From: an uncultured Pelagibacteraceae bacterium
Lineage (GTDB): Bacteria; Pseudomonadota; Alphaproteobacteria; Pelagibacterales; AG-422-B15
DNA: 64,000 bases
Direction: 5' to 3'
Assembly (NCBI GenBank): GCA_902524795.1
Contig: CABZEU010000001.1
Location: 28,916-92,915 of the forward strand
A program made the position numbers and the translations under genes. This document shows, in pieces, positions 18,784-28,415 of the stretch. The notes beneath the pieces are model-generated. The model saw only the letters and a list, made by a program, of their open reading frames with translations. It did not search any database and was not told where the DNA came from. How positions within the stretch are numbered: the first letter of the stretch is position 1; each line of letters begins with the position of its first letter.

Positions 18784-19798
18784 AGATTTTCAAATTGAAA
18801 AAATAGTCAAGTGTAACTCAGGTTTTTTACCTTTTTTAATTTACGGACCAAATGAGGGATTAATAAGGGATCACATTAAAAAAATCAAAAGTGACTATTT
18901 AAATGATATCGATTTTGAGGAAATTTCTATAACAGGAAAAAGCCTGGATCTAAATCCTGACATTCTCGAAACTTCAGCGAGTTCAATTTCCATGTTTAAT
19001 AGCTATAAACTCATTATTCTAGAGACACTCAAAGATAAGAATGTATCAGAGCTTGAGAGTGTCATTCATTCAGCCCCGACTCAAACGATGCTGATCGTCA
19101 AAGCTGACAATCTCAAAAAAACTTCTAAACTCAGAAAATTATTTGAGAGTTATTCACAGTGCTATGCATTGGCGTGCTATGAGGATGACGCTAAATCAAT
19201 GATGAGACTAATTGATAATTTTGTGAAAAAAAATAATATTTCAATTGATCGCGATATAAAAAACTATCTCTTGCAGACCTTGAGTACTGATAGAATGATT
19301 AGTTTTAATGAACTCCAAAAGATAGGCTTATTTTATGCCGATACTAATACTACCCCAAATCTTGAAGAAATAAAAAATTTACTTAATGATACAAGCTCAA
19401 ATAATCTTCAAAAAATGAATGAGTCAGTAATGTATGGAAACACGATCAAAAGCTCAAATATCATTAGTAAACTCTTATCTGAGGGAAATAATCCAATTTC
19501 TATTCTACGCAGTCTTATCAATTATCTAAAAAGATTGCAGAAAGTAAAAGTAGAAATGAAGAAAGGGAGTACTTTTGATGCCGCGATAAAATCCCTAAGA
19601 CCTCCCTTGTTTTGGAAAGATAAAGACAATTTTCAGCAGCATTGCGCTCGATGGCCTTTAAATAAAATTGAAAGAAATCTTTCTCAACTTCTTGAAGCTG
19701 AAATTGATTGTAAAATCAATAGTAAATTATCCAGCATTCTTTGTGAGCGTTCGATACTAACGATTTGTCACGAGGGCAAACAATACTTTCAAAATTAG
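18773..19798 (+). CDS. holA: DNA polymerase III delta subunit
   Basis: 341 aa. Length, helical C-terminal pattern and lptE-holA synteny. Sequence similarity recognised only weakly. Confidence 0.8.
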   Translation: MIIKDFQIEKIVKCNSGFLPFLIYGPNEGLIRDHIKKIKSDYLNDIDFEEISITGKSLDLNPDILETSASSISMFNSYKLIILETLKDKNVSELESVIHSAPTQTMLIVKADNLKKTSKLRKLFESYSQCYALACYEDDAKSMMRLIDNFVKKNNISIDRDIKNYLLQTLSTDRMISFNELQKIGLFYADTNTTPNLEEIKNLLNDTSSNNLQKMNESVMYGNTIKSSNIISKLLSEGNNPISILRSLINYLKRLQKVKVEMKKGSTFDAAIKSLRPPLFWKDKDNFQQHCARWPLNKIERNLSQLLEAEIDCKINSKLSSILCERSILTICHEGKQYFQN

Positions 19799-20655
19799 TT
19801 TTTAAGCTTTTGCGTAATCATTTCTAATTGATCAAGTGTTTTGTATTCAATTTTTATACTACCGCCTTTTTTACCTTTATGATTAATATTAATGTTCAAA
19901 CCAAGCTTTTCTGAAATTTTATTTTCAAGATCAATCGTATCAGGATCTTTTAATTTTAATTTTTTTACTCTACCTTTTTTATCCTTTGCTAAATTCTCAG
20001 CATCCCTTACACTTAAATTTTCATTAATAATTTTTTCTGCCAGTTGCTCTGGAAATGCACTATTCATAATTGCGCGCGCATGACCTGATGATATTTTTCC
20101 TTCAGTTATCATGTCTTGGATCGATTGTGGCAAGGATAATAATCGAATGATATTGGCTATATGACTCCTACTTTTACCAACAATTCCAGATAAATCTTCT
20201 TGGGTATGACCATGATTTTCAATCAATCTTTTATAACCCGCCGCTTCCTCAATTGGTGAAAGATCCGATCGTTGAACATTTTCAATGATCGCAATTTCAA
20301 GTGCTTCAGTATCATTAAAATTTCTTATAACTGCAGGTACCTCGTGCAGTTGCGCAATTTGTGCGGCGCGCCATCTTCTTTCACCCGCAATAATTTCATA
20401 ACTATTGGAATCAGACGGTGACGGCCTTACCACCAATGGTTGAACTAGACCCTTTGCTTTTATAGAATCAGCCAATTCGTTAATGCTATTTTTATTAAAC
20501 AATCTTCTTGGTTGAGAGAGACTTGGTCTTAAATTGGCAATTGGTATTTTTGTTTCTTGGCCAACGTTAGTGTTTATTGTTTGTGCAGTTTCTGTATCTC
20601 CCATTAAAGATGAAAGACCACGACCTAAACCCTTTTTAGTTGTGTTTGTAACCAC
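19795..20655 (-). CDS. parB: Chromosome partitioning protein ParB
   Basis: GLGRGLSSL, the IIAGERRWRAA arginine patch and an HTH. GTG start in TAGTG overlap with parA. Confidence 0.95.
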   Translation of the reverse strand: MVTNTTKKGLGRGLSSLMGDTETAQTINTNVGQETKIPIANLRPSLSQPRRLFNKNSINELADSIKAKGLVQPLVVRPSPSDSNSYEIIAGERRWRAAQIAQLHEVPAVIRNFNDTEALEIAIIENVQRSDLSPIEEAAGYKRLIENHGHTQEDLSGIVGKSRSHIANIIRLLSLPQSIQDMITEGKISSGHARAIMNSAFPEQLAEKIINENLSVRDAENLAKDKKGRVKKLKLKDPDTIDLENKISEKLGLNININHKGKKGGSIKIEYKTLDQLEMITQKLKN

Positions 20656-21443
20656 TATGCTGCCTCTTGTTCCTTATTTTGTTTAATGACTTCGTTTGCA
20701 AGGTTTAAATAAGCCTGACTGCCAGATGCTCTTTGATCATAGATTAAAGCGGGCATGCCGAATGATGGCGCTTCTGAAACTCTTACATTTCTAGGTATAA
20801 TGGTTTCATACACTTGTTCCCTTAAATGATTTCTAACATCTGTTGCAACTTGAGAAGATAATTTATTTCTGCTGTCGTACATGGTCAGTACAATTCCATC
20901 AATAGATAATCCAGGATTTAGATTCTGTCTCACACGTTCAATTGTTTTGATTAGCTGACTGAGACCTTCGAGCGCAAAGAATTCACATTGCAACGGAACA
21001 ATAATTGCATTGGCTGTCGTCATTGCCATCACCGTCAACAAACTCAAGGCTGGTGGACAATCAATAAAAATAAAATCAAACTCATTTAATTTTTCATTTG
21101 CGTTAAAAATATTTTTTAATGTGAAAGCTCGATCATTAACATCAGCAAGCTCTGGTTCAATTCCAGATAAATCAACTGTTGAAGGAATTAAAAAAAGATT
21201 TTCAATTTCAGTTTTTCGAATGGAGTCTGAAATGTTTGATTGTCCCGCTAATACTTCGTAAATTGAATTTTCCCTCTGACCATAATCGACCCCTAAACCT
21301 GTACTTGCATTACCCTGAGGATCTAGATCAATGATTAATACCTTTTGGCCTGTTGCCGCGAGGGCTGTGGATAAGTTTATAGCTGTGGTCGTCTTTCCGA
21401 CCCCGCCTTTTTGATTTGAAATTGCAATTATTTTCCTTTTCAT
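20655..21443 (-). CDS. parA: Chromosome partitioning ATPase ParA
   Basis: Deviant Walker A (NQKGGVGKTTT). 262 aa. Confidence 0.95.
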   Translation of the reverse strand: MKRKIIAISNQKGGVGKTTTAINLSTALAATGQKVLIIDLDPQGNASTGLGVDYGQRENSIYEVLAGQSNISDSIRKTEIENLFLIPSTVDLSGIEPELADVNDRAFTLKNIFNANEKLNEFDFIFIDCPPALSLLTVMAMTTANAIIVPLQCEFFALEGLSQLIKTIERVRQNLNPGLSIDGIVLTMYDSRNKLSSQVATDVRNHLREQVYETIIPRNVRVSEAPSFGMPALIYDQRASGSQAYLNLANEVIKQNKEQEAA

Positions 21444-21444
21444 A

Positions 21445-22068
21445 CTAAGTTGTTGATTTTATTACATTATTTAGTTCTAAAATATAAGATCCCTTTTCAA
21501 CACTATTTTCGTGCAAATTATGATCAAATTTCCAATATTTAGTGGCTTCGTCAATCTCATCATCTATATGTATACCTTTATGAAAAAGGAAAGTAGTATT
21601 TTTTTTCGATATATTATAACTTATTGATAATAGATCATTTAATCGTCCAACTGCTCGGGCTAAAACAATATCAAATTTTTGATTCGTTGCTTTCTCAGCT
21701 TTATGGGGAATCACATAGGTATTTTTTAGTTCTAGTTCATCAATACAATGTTCTAAAAATTCAGCTCTCTTCCTTCGATTTTCGCATAAAAATATTGAAT
21801 TTTTGCCATTATAGAACAATGATAACGGTATTCCAGGAAGTCCCGATCCGCTACCAATATCAATTATGTTTTGTTGATTTTCTCGAATCAAATCACTTAT
21901 GCGTAATGAATCATAAAAATGCCTAGTCCAAATTAGATTCTTGTCTTTTTTTGATATAAGGCTTTGTTTTTCAGCCAATATTAGTGTTCTGTAAGTATCA
22001 AGTTTTTTGATTGTTTCACGTGAAACATTACTTTTTAGCTCCTTAAGAGCTTCTGGCGAATCCTCCAT
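21445..22068 (-). CDS. rsmG: 16S rRNA (guanine527-N7)-methyltransferase RsmG (GidB)
   Basis: SAM-binding DIGSGSGLPGIPL. mnmG-rsmG-parAB synteny. Confidence 0.9.
   Translation of the reverse strand: MEDSPEALKELKSNVSRETIKKLDTYRTLILAEKQSLISKKDKNLIWTRHFYDSLRISDLIRENQQNIIDIGSGSGLPGIPLSLFYNGKNSIFLCENRRKRAEFLEHCIDELELKNTYVIPHKAEKATNQKFDIVLARAVGRLNDLLSISYNISKKNTTFLFHKGIHIDDEIDEATKYWKFDHNLHENSVEKGSYILELNNVIKSTT
22012..22027. promoter_or_regulatory. parS: parS centromere site (ParB binding), perfect palindrome
   Basis: TGTTTCACGTGAAACA is a 16/16 match to the canonical parS consensus. It sits inside rsmG (codons N-V-S-R-E-T). Confidence 0.85.
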
Positions 22069-22078
22069 ATTGTGGATA

Positions 22079-23947
22079 TTAAGCCAGTTTTTTTAATTTT
22101 GCTTGAGTTTTTATATGGGCCAATATAACTCCCAAAGCTGCAGGTGTAACACCGTCTATTCTTGAGGCCTGAGAAATGTTTTTTGGCTTAATTTTTGATA
22201 ATTTTTCCTTTATTTCATTGGATAAACTAGATAATTCATCATAGTTCATTGTTTCAGGTATTTTTATTTTTTCCTCTTTATTTATTGAAATAATCTCACT
22301 TTCTTGCTTTTTAAGATATCCTTTATAGTGAGATTCAATTGAGACTTGCTCTAATATCTCTTCTGAAAAATCACTTAAATTTATCCCAAACATGTCTCCT
22401 ACAGTGTTGATATCAATATCTGGGTAGGCCAATAAATCAAATGCAGACCTTTTTTTACCATCTTTATTGATTTTGACACCCATTTTTTCAGCTTTATTTG
22501 GCGTAACGTATTGATTTTTAACAATATTTAATAATGCATTCATTTTAGTTTGTTTATTGGTAAAATGCTCATATCTGTTCTTTGAAACCAGTCCTAATGT
22601 ATTAGCGGTTTCTGTGAGTCTCAAATCAGCATTGTCAGCTCTTAGTACTAAACGGTATTCTGCCCTTGATGTGAACATTCTATAAGGCTCTGTTACTCCT
22701 TTAAGAGTCAAATCATCAATCATCACTCCAATATAAGAGTCATTTCTAGAAAAAATGTGTTCCTTATTTTTAAGGGAGATTGCGGCGTTTAAGCCTGCAA
22801 CCAAACCTTGAGCTGCAGCTTCTTCATATCCCGTTGTGCCATTAATTTGACCAGCTAGATAGAGTCCTTTTATTTTTTTAGTCTCCAGAGTTTGATAAAG
22901 TTCTTGTGGATCAATAAAATCATATTCTATAGCATAACCATGTCTTATAATCTTTGCCTTCTCTAAACCATTGATTTTACTGATAAATTTGTCTTGAACA
23001 TCTGCAGGTAATGAGGTTGATATTCCATTTGGATATATCAAATCACTATCTAAACCTTCTGGCTCAAGGAAAATCTGATGCCTTAATTTGTCAGCAAACT
23101 TTACAACTTTATCTTCAACAGAGGGGCAATATCGAGGTCCTGTTCCACTGATTTGACCCGAGTAAATAGCTGATTTTTTTATATTTTTTTGGATAATGTC
23201 ATGAACTGATTCATTCGTGTACGTGATGTGACAAGGCAGTTGCTCGTTATAAGTTTTATTCGTTAAAAATGAAAAATATGAATGCTTTTCATCTGAATCC
23301 TGTTTTTCAAGCCTATCAAAATCAATTGTATTTTTATCAATTCGTGCAGGGGTTCCAGTCTTTAATCTTCCAATATTAAAGCCTGTTTTATATAGAGATT
23401 TTGCTAAGCCAATTGATGGAACATCACCGTGCCTTCCTGCAGGTATTGTTTTTTCACCCAAATGAATAAGGCCATTTAAAAATGTGCCAGTGGTAATGAT
23501 TACTTTTTTTGTTGAAACCTTCTTTCCACTTTCACATAAGACACCAGCTATTTGGTTATTCTGGTCAAAAATTAAATCTTCAACGGGATCAAATAAACAT
23601 TCTAAATTTTTAGTTTGAAGGATCTCCTCTTGCATATATTTTTTATACAATTTCCGATCCGATTGAGCGCGAGGCCCTCGCACAGCAGGTCCTTTTGTGC
23701 GGTTTAAGAGACGATATTGAATACTTGAGAGATCTGCAATTCTTCCCATGATTCCATCTAATGCGTCAATTTCTCTAACTAAGTGACCTTTGCCCAATCC
23801 ACCAATGGCTGGATTACATGACATTTCGCCAATGGTCTCAAATTTATGGCTGATTAAGAGGGTTTTAGCGCCTACTCGTGCGGCCGTTGTTGCTGCTTCA
23901 CAACCCGCGTGACCACCACCTATGACAACTACATCAAAGTTAGACAT
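22079..23947 (-). CDS. mnmG: tRNA uridine 5-carboxymethylaminomethyl modification enzyme MnmG (GidA)
   Basis: 622 aa. FAD fold [15 protein letters not shown]. Conserved throughout. Confidence 0.97.
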   Translation of the reverse strand: MSNFDVVVIGGGHAGCEAATTAARVGAKTLLISHKFETIGEMSCNPAIGGLGKGHLVREIDALDGIMGRIADLSSIQYRLLNRTKGPAVRGPRAQSDRKLYKKYMQEEILQTKNLECLFDPVEDLIFDQNNQIAGVLCESGKKVSTKKVIITTGTFLNGLIHLGEKTIPAGRHGDVPSIGLAKSLYKTGFNIGRLKTGTPARIDKNTIDFDRLEKQDSDEKHSYFSFLTNKTYNEQLPCHITYTNESVHDIIQKNIKKSAIYSGQISGTGPRYCPSVEDKVVKFADKLRHQIFLEPEGLDSDLIYPNGISTSLPADVQDKFISKINGLEKAKIIRHGYAIEYDFIDPQELYQTLETKKIKGLYLAGQINGTTGYEEAAAQGLVAGLNAAISLKNKEHIFSRNDSYIGVMIDDLTLKGVTEPYRMFTSRAEYRLVLRADNADLRLTETANTLGLVSKNRYEHFTNKQTKMNALLNIVKNQYVTPNKAEKMGVKINKDGKKRSAFDLLAYPDIDINTVGDMFGINLSDFSEEILEQVSIESHYKGYLKKQESEIISINKEEKIKIPETMNYDELSSLSNEIKEKLSKIKPKNISQASRIDGVTPAALGVILAHIKTQAKLKKLA

Positions 23948-23996
23948 AACTACGTTAAATAAATTAACTCAGCTTAATTGCAATCAATAATTTTTG

Positions 23997-25298
23997 TTAT
24001 TTGCCGATGCAAAAATCTTTGAAAATGACCTCAAGATACTCTTCTACGTCAACGTGACCTGTTATTTTTCCAATTTCCTGAATTGCCAATCTTAGCTCCT
24101 CAACCATGAGTTCTGAATTATTTTTCAAATCAATTGTTTTTGCATTCAACAGGCTTTGGATAGAATTTTGAACTCCTAAGATATACCTTGTTTTGGTCGG
24201 AATAGTTTCTGAGTAGCTTCCAAAATTATTTGAGACTTTATTAGAAATTTGTTTGATTAAATGATCAATGCCATCCCCTGTTGTAACTGAGATATTAATG
24301 GCCTTATCATATCTTTTGTTTTCCTTATTATTGAGATCACATTTGTTTAATATAGTTAAGCGTTCATCATGAAAATTTAATTTGCTTGGATCGTCAAATA
24401 ATTCAATAACCAAATTTGCTTCATCAATCTTCTTCTGTGTGATTTCGATTCCTTTTTTTTCAATCTCATCAGTTGTCTGTCTCAGTCCTGCTGTATCCGT
24501 AAAAACTACAGGAAATCCGGCAATATTTAGCCTTACTTCAAGTGCATCTCGCGTAGTCCCTTCTCTATCGGATACAATCGCAACATCTCGGTTGGCTAAT
24601 AAATTAATGAGGCTTGATTTCCCCACATTCGGTGTGCCCACAATTGCTACACGGTATCCGTCTCTCAGAATCTCTCCTTGATTGCGTTGGTTAACGTGTT
24701 CATTCATCTCAACTAAAAGTTTTTCAATTTTTTCATTTATATTTTTTAAAACATCATCAGGAATATCCTCTTCTGCAAAATCAATGTCGGCTTCAAGATA
24801 AGCAACGAGTTCAATCAGAGATTTTCTCCAAGACAGGTATAACTTATTCAATGAACCATCCATCTGACTTAAAGCCTGATTGTGTTGCAGTTCTGTTTGA
24901 GCATTGATTAAATCTCCCATTGCTTCGATAGCTGTAAGATCCATCTTATTATTTATAAATGCTCTTTTTGAAAACTCTCCAGGTTCCGCAAGTCGCAACT
25001 GGTTAATTCCTGACAAAGTTTTTAAAAGAAGATCAACTGTTGCTCTTCCACCATGTATGTGAAACTCGACCATATCCTCTCCCGTGAAACTTTTTGGCTT
25101 AGCGAAATAAACAGCTAATCCACGATCGATTAAGTTTCCATTTTCGGAGTCATAAAAACTAGTCCTTGTTAATACATTGGGATCAAAGTGACTCTTGCGA
25201 GAGATAGTTTTAAGTGCAGTCAGCGCTAAATGACCGGATACACGAACTACAGCCAGACCTGCAATCCCACTTGCAGTTGATAAAGCAAAAATTGTCAT
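23997..25298 (-). CDS. mnmE: tRNA modification GTPase MnmE (TrmE)
   Basis: 433 aa. G domain GTPNVGKSSL/DTAG. C-terminal CIGK. Confidence 0.97.
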   Translation of the reverse strand: MTIFALSTASGIAGLAVVRVSGHLALTALKTISRKSHFDPNVLTRTSFYDSENGNLIDRGLAVYFAKPKSFTGEDMVEFHIHGGRATVDLLLKTLSGINQLRLAEPGEFSKRAFINNKMDLTAIEAMGDLINAQTELQHNQALSQMDGSLNKLYLSWRKSLIELVAYLEADIDFAEEDIPDDVLKNINEKIEKLLVEMNEHVNQRNQGEILRDGYRVAIVGTPNVGKSSLINLLANRDVAIVSDREGTTRDALEVRLNIAGFPVVFTDTAGLRQTTDEIEKKGIEITQKKIDEANLVIELFDDPSKLNFHDERLTILNKCDLNNKENKRYDKAINISVTTGDGIDHLIKQISNKVSNNFGSYSETIPTKTRYILGVQNSIQSLLNAKTIDLKNNSELMVEELRLAIQEIGKITGHVDVEEYLEVIFKDFCIGK

Positions 25299-25615
25299 TT
25301 TTTTATTAATAGATTTTCTACAACTCGATCATTGATCAAATGTTCATTAATGACAAGATCAACATCGCTTTCAGATTTACATGTGTACCAGATATTGTCA
25401 GGATAAATAACCATTGTCGGACCAAACTCACAGTGATCAAGGCAGCCCGATGCATTAACCCTAATTTTTTTATTTGTTACTATTTCTTTTGTCTTTTTCT
25501 TCATGTAGGCCCTAAGTAAGACAGATTTTTTTGAAGCACAGCAGCCTTTTTTATGGCCATCTGGCCTCTGATTGGTACAGAAAAAAACATGTCTTTCAAA
25601 AAATTTATTAGTCAT
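25295..25615 (-). CDS. Thioredoxin-like [2Fe-2S] ferredoxin
   Basis: 106 aa. Cys pattern FFC...GCC...GCLDHC...GP.MVIYP matches (2Fe-2S) ferredoxin-domain proteins. ATGA overlap with mnmE. Confidence 0.75.
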   Translation of the reverse strand: MTNKFFERHVFFCTNQRPDGHKKGCCASKKSVLLRAYMKKKTKEIVTNKKIRVNASGCLDHCEFGPTMVIYPDNIWYTCKSESDVDLVINEHLINDRVVENLLIKK

Positions 25616-25646
25616 ATTGAATAAAAATTATAATATTTAAATATAT

Positions 25647-26102
25647 ATGAGTTCTTATGTTTTCAAATCATTGATTGGCAATATTGAGGTTATCTCAGGT
25701 AATAATAAAATTACCGGCATTAGTCGAACTCGAAAAGCCATTACCATCACTAATGATAAACTATTACTTCGCGCAGCTTTTCAAATTAACGCCTATCTAG
25801 CACGCAAACGTAGGTCACTGTCTTTTCCAACAAGACAGATGGGAACTCGTTTCCAAAATCGGGTTTGGAACCACTTAAGACGTGTTCCTTACGGCTGCAC
25901 TACAAGCTACGGTCAGATAGCCAAAAAGTTAAGGGCATCTCCGCGAGCAGTTGGTGGAGCACTAGGACGGAATAATTTAATGATGTCAGTCCCATGCCAC
26001 CGAGTCGTATCCAAAGACGGCAAGCTTACAGGGTTCACATCAGTCGGTGGGATTACAACAAAAAAGAAATTGTTAAACGTTGAACAAAAAACTCGTAAAT
26101 AA
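25647..26102 (+). CDS. ogt: Methylated-DNA--protein-cysteine methyltransferase
   Basis: 151 aa. Active site PCHRVV. The YGQIAKKL...PRAVGGALGRN helix-turn-wing. Confidence 0.85.
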   Translation: MSSYVFKSLIGNIEVISGNNKITGISRTRKAITITNDKLLLRAAFQINAYLARKRRSLSFPTRQMGTRFQNRVWNHLRRVPYGCTTSYGQIAKKLRASPRAVGGALGRNNLMMSVPCHRVVSKDGKLTGFTSVGGITTKKKLLNVEQKTRK

Positions 26103-26619
26103 GTTAAAAAAAAATATTCGTGTAATTCCCAACTTTCCAAAGGAGGGAATTCTTTTTCAGGACATCACTTCCATTACTGATAACAAAAAATTATTTACTG
26201 AAGTAATTAACGAAATTTCAAAGTATGCTAGTAAGCAAAAATTTACTAAAATTGCAGGTATTGAAGCAAGGGGTTTCATCTTTGGTGCTGCCGTTGCTTT
26301 TAAACTGGGTATTCCTTTTGTTCCGATTCGAAAAAAAGGAAAACTTCCTGGCAAAGTTCTGCGGCAAAAATATTCTCTTGAGTACGGTAACGACGAAATC
26401 CAAATTCATAGTAATTCGATTACTTCACGAGATAGGCTTTTAATAATTGATGACTTAATTGCAACTGGTGGTACCGCTATAGCTTCAGCAAAGCTTGTCT
26501 CCAAGTGCAAAGTAAAAAATATCGAATTTTATTTTATAATTGATCTCAAAAATGTTGGAGGTTCGCAGAAATTAAGAAAGAAATTTAAACTGTCTTCAAT
26601 TTTAGAGACTGAAGGGTAA
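26080..26619 (+). CDS. apt: Adenine phosphoribosyltransferase
   Basis: 179 aa. IPNFPKEGILFQDIT. PRPP loop LIIDDLIATGGT. Confidence 0.9.
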   Translation: MNKKLVNKLKKNIRVIPNFPKEGILFQDITSITDNKKLFTEVINEISKYASKQKFTKIAGIEARGFIFGAAVAFKLGIPFVPIRKKGKLPGKVLRQKYSLEYGNDEIQIHSNSITSRDRLLIIDDLIATGGTAIASAKLVSKCKVKNIEFYFIIDLKNVGGSQKLRKKFKLSSILETEG

Positions 26620-26631
26620 TTGTTGGTACGA

Positions 26632-27891
26632 TTACTTATTCATTGATTGGAAGAAATCGGCGTTATCTTTCGTTTCTTTCAATTTACCAAGCAAGAATTC
26701 AATGGAATCCATGGTTCCCATTGGGTTAAGAATACGTCTCAGAACATACATTTTTTGTAGTTCGTCTTTATCAAGAAGAATCTCCTCTTTTCGAGTACCA
26801 GACTTGGTTATATCAATCGCAGGATAGATTCTCTTATCGGCGACTTTTCTATCCAATATGATTTCTGAGTTACCTGTACCTTTAAATTCCTCAAAAATAA
26901 CTTCATCCATTCTACTTCCCGTATCAATAAGAGCAGTAGATATAATTGTTAAAGAACCGCCATCTTCAATGTTTCTTGCAGCACCGAAGAATCTCTTTGG
27001 TCTTTGAAGTGCATTGGCATCAACACCACCCGTTAAAACTTTTCCTGAACTTGGAACAACAGTGTTGTATGCACGACCTAATCTCGTGATTGAATCGAGT
27101 AAGATCACAACATCTTTTTTGTGTTCTACTAATCTTTTAGCTTTGTTAATAACCATTTCAGCAACTTGTACGTGACGTGAAGCCGGCTCATCAAATGTTG
27201 AGCTGACTACTTCTCCCTTTACAGAACGTTGCATGTCTGTCACTTCCTCAGGTCGTTCATCAATTAACAACACCATCAAGTAACATTCAGGATGATTGTC
27301 TGTAATGGAGTGCGCAATGTTTTGCAATAATACAGTTTTACCTGTTCTTGGGGGTGAAACAATAAGAGCTCTTTGCCCTTTACCGATTGGTGAAACTAAA
27401 TCAATAACTCGTGCGCTTTGATCTTTGTCAGGCTTTTCTGTTTCAAGTTTAATTTGTTCATCGGGATAGAGAGGTGTTAAGTTATCAAAGTTAATTTTAT
27501 TTCTACTTTTGTCAGTACCCTCATAATTGATTGTATCAATCTTTAACAAAGCAAAATATCGTTCACCTTCTTTAGGAGCTCTAATAGGTCCTTCAACGGT
27601 GTCCCCTGATCTTAATCCAAATCTCTTGATCTGACTGGGACTAACATAAATATCATCTGGGCCTGGCAAATAATTTGCTTCCATTGATCTAAGAAAACCA
27701 AAACCATCTTGTAAGACCTCAAGGACACCTTCTCCATCTATATCCTTTTTGTTTGCCGCAAGAGATCGTAGTATCTCAAACAGCATATCTTGAGTGCGCA
27801 TAGAACTTGCGTTTTCAACGCCCGTTTCTTCAGCGTATTTTAGAAGCTCTTGTGGAGTTTTTTTCTTAAGTTCTCTTAATTTTAAGCTCAT
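26632..27891 (-). CDS. rho: Transcription termination factor Rho
   Basis: 419 aa. N-terminal RNA-binding domain (GFGFLR). Walker A PPRTGKT, Q and R loops. Confidence 0.97.
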   Translation of the reverse strand: MSLKLRELKKKTPQELLKYAEETGVENASSMRTQDMLFEILRSLAANKKDIDGEGVLEVLQDGFGFLRSMEANYLPGPDDIYVSPSQIKRFGLRSGDTVEGPIRAPKEGERYFALLKIDTINYEGTDKSRNKINFDNLTPLYPDEQIKLETEKPDKDQSARVIDLVSPIGKGQRALIVSPPRTGKTVLLQNIAHSITDNHPECYLMVLLIDERPEEVTDMQRSVKGEVVSSTFDEPASRHVQVAEMVINKAKRLVEHKKDVVILLDSITRLGRAYNTVVPSSGKVLTGGVDANALQRPKRFFGAARNIEDGGSLTIISTALIDTGSRMDEVIFEEFKGTGNSEIILDRKVADKRIYPAIDITKSGTRKEEILLDKDELQKMYVLRRILNPMGTMDSIEFLLGKLKETKDNADFFQSMNK

Positions 27892-27971
27892 AGTGTTTTT
27901 GATTTTAGATAAGTTTCTTGGAAGTGAAAAAGAGAGTGACTTCTAACTTTAATTTTTGAATCTGGCAAGTT

Positions 27972-28415
27972 TTAAATTGGCTTAAATATTACCAAAAAAA
28001 CAATAATTATCATCAAGACTGTAGGAAATTCGTTAATTATTCTATAAAAACGCTCTGATCTTGCCCGCCTGTCTTGCTGAAATTCCTTTGTAATTTTAGC
28101 TAAGTAGCCATGAACTCCTGATAAAAGCAGCACAAAAACTACTTTTAACTGAAGCCAAAGTGCACTTAATGACTCAACACCCAATGTGGATATAAGAGCT
28201 ATACCAAATAGCCAGGAAAATATCATAGCAGGATTCATAATTATTCTGAGCAAACGTATTTCCATTAGTTTAAAGGTCTCAGATGAGTCAGAGCCTATTT
28301 CTTTTGTAAAGTGATAAACAAAAAGTCTTGGTAAATATAGAAGTCCAGCCATCCATGCGATCACACTGATAATGTGCAAACTCAAAAATAAATTATATAA
28401 AAATATATTATTCAT
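27972..28415 (-). CDS. hemJ: Protoporphyrinogen IX oxidase HemJ
   Basis: 147 aa, 4 TM. The HIISVIAWMAGLLYLPRLFVYH motif is typical of HemJ. Sits in a hemE-hemH-hemJ cluster. Confidence 0.8.
   Translation of the reverse strand: MNNIFLYNLFLSLHIISVIAWMAGLLYLPRLFVYHFTKEIGSDSSETFKLMEIRLLRIIMNPAMIFSWLFGIALISTLGVESLSALWLQLKVVFVLLLSGVHGYLAKITKEFQQDRRARSERFYRIINEFPTVLMIIIVFLVIFKPI

Noticed and set aside
22071-22079. Isolated DnaA-box-like 9-mer TGTGGATAT (1 mismatch) in the 10-bp mnmG/rsmG spacer. A second, TGTGGATTG, is at 13331-13339.
   Set aside because: These are single sites. Roughly 20 single-mismatch hits are expected by chance in 64 kb of this composition, and only the cluster in the hemE-maf gap stands out.
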